A stretch of 64,000 nt of DNA from Candidatus Bathyarchaeum tardum (GTDB taxonomy: Archaea; Thermoproteota; Bathyarchaeia; Bathyarchaeales; Bathyarchaeaceae): the NCBI GenBank assembly GCA_024650005.2, contig CP122380.1:352001-416000 (forward strand). The letters run 5' to 3'. The notes beneath the pieces were generated by a model, which was not told where the DNA came from, did not search any database, and saw nothing but the letters and a program-made list of their open reading frames with translations. Made by a program: the position numbers and the translations under genes. Positions 59,539 to 64,000 of the stretch are shown one piece after another (the first letter of the stretch is position 1; the number at the start of each line of letters is the position of its first letter).

Positions 59539-60606
59539 GTGCCTGAATCTGTATCCTTAGTGGTTCCAAAAAAGCTTGGAGAAAAAGCAATTCGTCTAGT
59601 TACTGAACTTGATCTGTTTAACCGTGAACTACAGATTCAACAAACAGAAAAATGCCTGCAAATACCTCTAATTTCTGAACCCTCACCTGCGGGTCTCAGG
59701 GAATTGAAAACTAAACTGGGCACCTTCAATGTTTCTGTTTGCGACTTTGAAAGAAAAAAACAACGTTTATTACCCCTTGATTTGCTGAAAAACAAACTGC
59801 CTCTTGACCTTTTGGAGTTGGTTCCTCATGCTATCGATTTTGTGGGCGATATCGCTATTGTTGAGATTCCTGAAGAGCTTGCAGAATATAAAACCCTGAT
59901 TGGAGAAGCTATACTAACAGCTCATAAACAGACAAACACGGTTTTAGCAAAAGCAGGAGCCATCAAAGGGATATACCGAATACGGGATCTTGAATTTTTA
60001 GCAGGAACCAATAAAACCTCTACCATTTACGTAGAATACGGCAATACTTTGCATGTTGATGTTGCTAAAGCATATTTTTCTCCAAGGCTTTCAAATGAAC
60101 ACAACAGAGTAGCTTCCCAAGTAACCCCTGGTGAAACTGTGGTTGATCTATTTGCTGGAGTTGGACCTTTTGTTATTCCAATTGCAAAAAACCAAAAGAA
60201 GGTGCACGTTTATGCTGTTGACGTTAATCCTGACGCGGTGTCGTTGCTGGAAAAAAATGTTAAGATTAATCGGGTACAAGAACAAATTGTGCCTCTTCTT
60301 GGAGATGCCAGAAAAGTTGTAAAAGAACAGCTGTACCAAAAAGCAGACCGAGTAATCATGAACCTGCCCGAAACTGCCGTAGAATTTGTTGACGTAGCTT
60401 GTGAAGCAATTAAACCTGACGGGGGAGTTGTTCACTATTACTGTTTTGTTTACGATTCTCCTAAACCTTTAGAAACAGCAAAAACAGAACTAGAACAAGC
60501 AGTGAAACAAAATAACCGCCAAGTAAGCAAGTACCTTTTTGCAAAAACCGTTCGAGAAGTTGCACCTTATGCTTGGCAGGTAGTTGTGGACGCACAAATT
60601 CAATAA
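59539..60606 (+). CDS. trm5: tRNA (guanine-37-N1) methyltransferase, Trm5 family
   Basis: GDIAI, YFSPRLSNE, DLFAGVGPF and DRVIMNLP motifs. Confidence 0.9.
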   Translation: MPESVSLVVPKKLGEKAIRLVTELDLFNRELQIQQTEKCLQIPLISEPSPAGLRELKTKLGTFNVSVCDFERKKQRLLPLDLLKNKLPLDLLELVPHAIDFVGDIAIVEIPEELAEYKTLIGEAILTAHKQTNTVLAKAGAIKGIYRIRDLEFLAGTNKTSTIYVEYGNTLHVDVAKAYFSPRLSNEHNRVASQVTPGETVVDLFAGVGPFVIPIAKNQKKVHVYAVDVNPDAVSLLEKNVKINRVQEQIVPLLGDARKVVKEQLYQKADRVIMNLPETAVEFVDVACEAIKPDGGVVHYYCFVYDSPKPLETAKTELEQAVKQNNRQVSKYLFAKTVREVAPYAWQVVVDAQIQ

Positions 60607-61031
60607 TTTTCCACAGTCAGGGTAACTTTGACTTGCTGATTTGGGTTCTGGAGCTTTTCCACAAACTTTCTTGACAAATCAATTGAGGCCTTGTCTGCTC
60701 CAATGGCCAAGGTTCGACCACATACATAATCACTTTTTCGAACCACTAAATCTGTAAGATGTGTAAACTGTAACTGGGGGCTTCCTTTTGCGGTAATTGT
60801 CTCTTTTAGTTCATCAGCTTCAATTATTATTGTTATTTTTGATTTTTCTTTTTTGGCGGCTTCCTTGAATTCAAAAGGCAAATCAATTGCACCATTAGTT
60901 GAACCAACAGCCACGATACAGTTTCCCCGTTTTGAGAGTTCAGTTTCTTTTGTAACTTCAACTGTGGTTTGATGAGTAGAAATTACATTCTTGTGTCCAT
61001 GTGCAAAGAACGCGACAGTTACAGATTTCAT
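60600..61031 (-). CDS. DUF371 family protein
   Basis: GHKNV..H.TT.E.TKE, GNCI and VVRKSDY..RT..I.ADKA patterns. Confidence 0.9.
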   Translation of the reverse strand: MKSVTVAFFAHGHKNVISTHQTTVEVTKETELSKRGNCIVAVGSTNGAIDLPFEFKEAAKKEKSKITIIIEADELKETITAKGSPQLQFTHLTDLVVRKSDYVCGRTLAIGADKASIDLSRKFVEKLQNPNQQVKVTLTVENY

Positions 61032-61070
61032 GATACAAGAATATTACATCTCAAAGATAACAATTTTAGG

Positions 61071-62030
61071 TTATTCTAGAACCTCTATTGAGTCAACTTT
61101 ACCGTCGCCGTCAAGGTCAAAGCCTTGAATTACTGTTGCGAATTCTTGTTGGTCAAATTTTTTCAGGCATTTTTGCCAAAACTTGGTTAATGCAATTACG
61201 CAGGCTTTTGTTCCAACTGCTTTGTTGCCTGCGAGAATGATTACTGTTTTTTCTTTGTTGAACGGGTTGGGGATTTTTGCGATTAATCCCATTGTGTCAG
61301 CGGTGTAGACTTTTTTGGTTTTTTCTGAAACCAGTCCCCCTAAAACGAAGCCGTGGTCAGAGGGTATCATGTTGAAGTTTATGGGCAAAAATTTGTTGAA
61401 TTCTTGGGTGATCAGGTTGGTTCCTGGTCCACCAACTAAGAAGAGGTTGTTATCTTCTTCTTTTTCTGCTTTCACGTCTACATCCAGTTTTACCACAAAA
61501 TCTTCAGGCAAATCCACAAACTGACCCAAAAACAAAGTCAAATACGCCGCATAATGGCCATCCCGTGCTTTAGCCTTAAACGGACCGTGAGGATCAGGGC
61601 TTCCAACAACAATTTTTCCATCAAACATGTTATCAGTAATTAAAGGACACAAAAACTGTTTGATTTTTTCGTCTATGTTTCTTATGGGTAACTTTGCAAT
61701 TTTTTGATTACCAAAAGGCAGTTCAATTCCCATTGCTGGAAAGGAGGCTTTGTAATATTTTGCTACTGCCCCTTTCTTTTCTTCTTCTCTGACGACTTTT
61801 ATTACGCCAGCTTTCCACATTTTTCTGATGTGGTAGTACACCTTTTGCTCGTGGATTCCCAGTTTTTTGGCGACTTCCATAGGGTACATTTCTGTTTGGC
61901 TTAAAAGCTCCAAAATCTTCCAACTCAGCTTGTTTAGAACTGTTTTAAGTAGTTCGGGGTCTTCGAAAACGGCTATGTCTTTGGTGTTCATTTGATTTTT
62001 TTTGCCGCTTAGCAAAAGCTTTCTTTTCAT
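61071..62030 (-). CDS. ArsR-type HTH regulator fused to an S-layer-like alpha/beta domain
   Basis: YP.EVAKKLG..EQKVYYH HTH; NLFLVGGP..N; IILAG..GT. Confidence 0.8.
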   Translation of the reverse strand: MKRKLLLSGKKNQMNTKDIAVFEDPELLKTVLNKLSWKILELLSQTEMYPMEVAKKLGIHEQKVYYHIRKMWKAGVIKVVREEEKKGAVAKYYKASFPAMGIELPFGNQKIAKLPIRNIDEKIKQFLCPLITDNMFDGKIVVGSPDPHGPFKAKARDGHYAAYLTLFLGQFVDLPEDFVVKLDVDVKAEKEEDNNLFLVGGPGTNLITQEFNKFLPINFNMIPSDHGFVLGGLVSEKTKKVYTADTMGLIAKIPNPFNKEKTVIILAGNKAVGTKACVIALTKFWQKCLKKFDQQEFATVIQGFDLDGDGKVDSIEVLE

Positions 62031-62312
62031 GCTTGCAACTTTCGCATGCCTTTATAAATATTTTTTTAATGGTTAATCTATTGTCTTTCTTAACCTTTTA
62101 TTTTCAAAAAAATACATGACAACAATTCTCTTATATTGTTCAGTTGGGTATCTTGAACGACAGATACATAAAAGCCTCTAATGTTTGCGATTTATGACTT
62201 AATGCGATTTTGATTAACTTATGAATTCATAACTTTAGAAAATCAATGATGTCTTACGTTTTAATTGTTGGTTAATTTTATTAGCTTCGTAAACCGTACA
62301 AACAACTAGATT

Positions 62313-62633
62313 GTGATGACCTCTACCCTTACGGAATCCTTGGCACCAATAGTTTTTCAGCTGGTTCTAGGTGGAGTAGGTGGATTTTTGATAGGTTATG
62401 CCATCAGAAAAGTTCTCAAAATCGCATTAATCGTTGGAGTTGTAGTTTTTTCATTAATATTGCTCGCTTCTGCAAACATAATCAACGTAGACTACACTGG
62501 ACTATCCGAAACAACAACAAACATACTAAACGCCATCAACCCTGCCCTGAGCCTAATAACCCCCCTTCTTGCACATGTTCCGTTCATCGCGAGTTTAGTT
62601 TTTGGTTTTATTCTGGGATTCAAAAGAAACTAA
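62313..62633 (+). CDS. FUN14 family membrane protein
   Basis: GGVGGFLIGYAIRKVLK..IINVDY..FGFILGFK. Confidence 0.85.
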   Translation: MMTSTLTESLAPIVFQLVLGGVGGFLIGYAIRKVLKIALIVGVVVFSLILLASANIINVDYTGLSETTTNILNAINPALSLITPLLAHVPFIASLVFGFILGFKRN

Positions 62634-63001
62634 ACCGGACTGTCTCTTCTTGTATATTTTTGCATTTCCTGCCAGATTGCTTTAACATCGGAAACGTTTC
62701 CAACTATGGGGTCCATTTTTTTACTGTAAGTATCGATGCGCAAGACACCTTTTTTTCTTAAAACGCCAACTTCTGTGTATTGCATTGTGCTGATGTTTTC
62801 CAGTCTTTCAGAAATTATTCTGTCTTTTTTGAACATGACTCCCCGTCGCCTGTGTAGAAGAATTCGTTGATCCGTTATGTAGAAAAAGAAATTATCGTTA
62901 AGACTTTCAATTTTTCTGCTTTGGAACACTATTGTTTCGTCGGGGTAAAGGAAATCTGAAAGAACCAAGACGCTCGCCTCAATTCTGTTGATTTTTTGCA
63001 T
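62630..63001 (-). CDS. PH domain protein
   Basis: YITDQRILL..I..MQYTEVG.L..G.L.I pattern. Confidence 0.72.
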   Translation of the reverse strand: MQKINRIEASVLVLSDFLYPDETIVFQSRKIESLNDNFFFYITDQRILLHRRRGVMFKKDRIISERLENISTMQYTEVGVLRKKGVLRIDTYSKKMDPIVGNVSDVKAIWQEMQKYTRRDSPV

Positions 63002-63249
63002 TCATATTTCTTGTGGTAATTCCTTTTTTGAAAATGCTGTCCTTGAATCTAGCAAATACCTATATTTGAAGTTTGACGGTACTGGTAATGTACAAACGTT
63101 GTTTAAGAACCATTATAAATTCCGTTATAAGACTAAAATATGAATCCTAAAAATACTTATAGATGCTCCCGTGGTTTATCTAAATATAGCATAACTCGAT
63201 TACGTTACTGCATATTACTATAACTTATACAACAAATGTGGAATGAACT

Positions 63250-64000
63250 ATGTGTGGAATATTCGGATGCATCCTAAAAACAGGTGAAGCTGCTCCTTTA
63301 ATTCATGAAGGCTTAAAAAAATTAGAATACAGGGGCTACGACTCAGTTGGTATTGCAACCATTGATGACGGTAACCTATCAATAAAAAAAGACAGCGGAA
63401 AAATTGATGAAGTTCATCAATGGCACAACCTTGACTCTTTACCTGGACGACTTGGCGTAGGTCACACCCGATGGGCAACCCATGGAGCACCTTACAAAGA
63501 GAATGCTCATCCCCACACTGACTGTAAAAACCAAATTGCAGTAGTTCATAACGGAATTATCGAAAATTTTACGGAACTCAAACGTGAACTTGAAGAGAAA
63601 GGGCACACTTTCAGGTCAAAAACTGATACTGAAGTAATTGCGCACCTAGTTGAAGAAAAACTGAAAACGTCTTCATCTCTTGTCGAAGCAGTTCGAGAAG
63701 CAGTGAAAATGTTGGATGGCTCTTATGCGACTGCCATTATATCTACTATTGAGCCTGACAAGATTGTTTGTGCCCGAAAAGAAAGTCCCCTTGTTGTTGG
63801 AGTAGCCGATGACGGTCTTTATGTTGCATCGGATATCCCAGCTTTTCTTTCAAAAACTAACAAATCTTTGATTATTGAAGATGGAGAAATCGTTGTCTTA
63901 AGTGATAAAGGCTACGAAATCCACGTCATCGCAGATTGGAAACCAATAACCCGAAAACCTGAACTTATTGAATGGGAACCCGAAGCAGCCGAAAAACAAG
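63250..64000 (+). CDS. glmS: Glutamine--fructose-6-phosphate aminotransferase (5' part, runs off the window)
   Basis: MCGIFG, LEYRGYDS, GHTRWATHG, HNGIIENF and TDTEV motifs. Confidence 0.97.
   Translation, partial: MCGIFGCILKTGEAAPLIHEGLKKLEYRGYDSVGIATIDDGNLSIKKDSGKIDEVHQWHNLDSLPGRLGVGHTRWATHGAPYKENAHPHTDCKNQIAVVHNGIIENFTELKRELEEKGHTFRSKTDTEVIAHLVEEKLKTSSSLVEAVREAVKMLDGSYATAIISTIEPDKIVCARKESPLVVGVADDGLYVASDIPAFLSKTNKSLIIEDGEIVVLSDKGYEIHVIADWKPITRKPELIEWEPEAAEKQ

Overview
This is an archaeal chromosomal segment of TACK type. Gene content, TTG/GTG starts and intron-containing tRNAs suggest Bathyarchaeia, which is an inference. Housekeeping blocks include hisS, a tRNA splicing endonuclease subunit, leuCDBA, leuS, rpl40e, alba, aspS, truD, pth2, a geranylgeranyl reductase, queC with two QueT transporters, rbkR/ribL/dph5, trm5 and a partial glmS. 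Between them lie a small-ORF- and pseudogene-rich accessory region (~16.5-29.3 kb) next to tRNA-Arg(TCT), and a 2.3 kb insert flanked by a duplication at pth2. The most notable signals are: (1) a GC-rich leader before queT-queC-queT that can fold into a pseudoknot sequestering the Shine-Dalgarno sequence, a candidate archaeal preQ0/preQ1 riboswitch; (2) a heliorhodopsin; (3) two recurrent candidate operator motifs, one linked to membrane-anchored HTH regulators paired with secreted proteins; (4) tRNA-Lys(CTT) with a non-canonical 30/31 intron; (5) several small proteins missing from the ORF track. All calls come from reading the sequence by eye; no searches were run.
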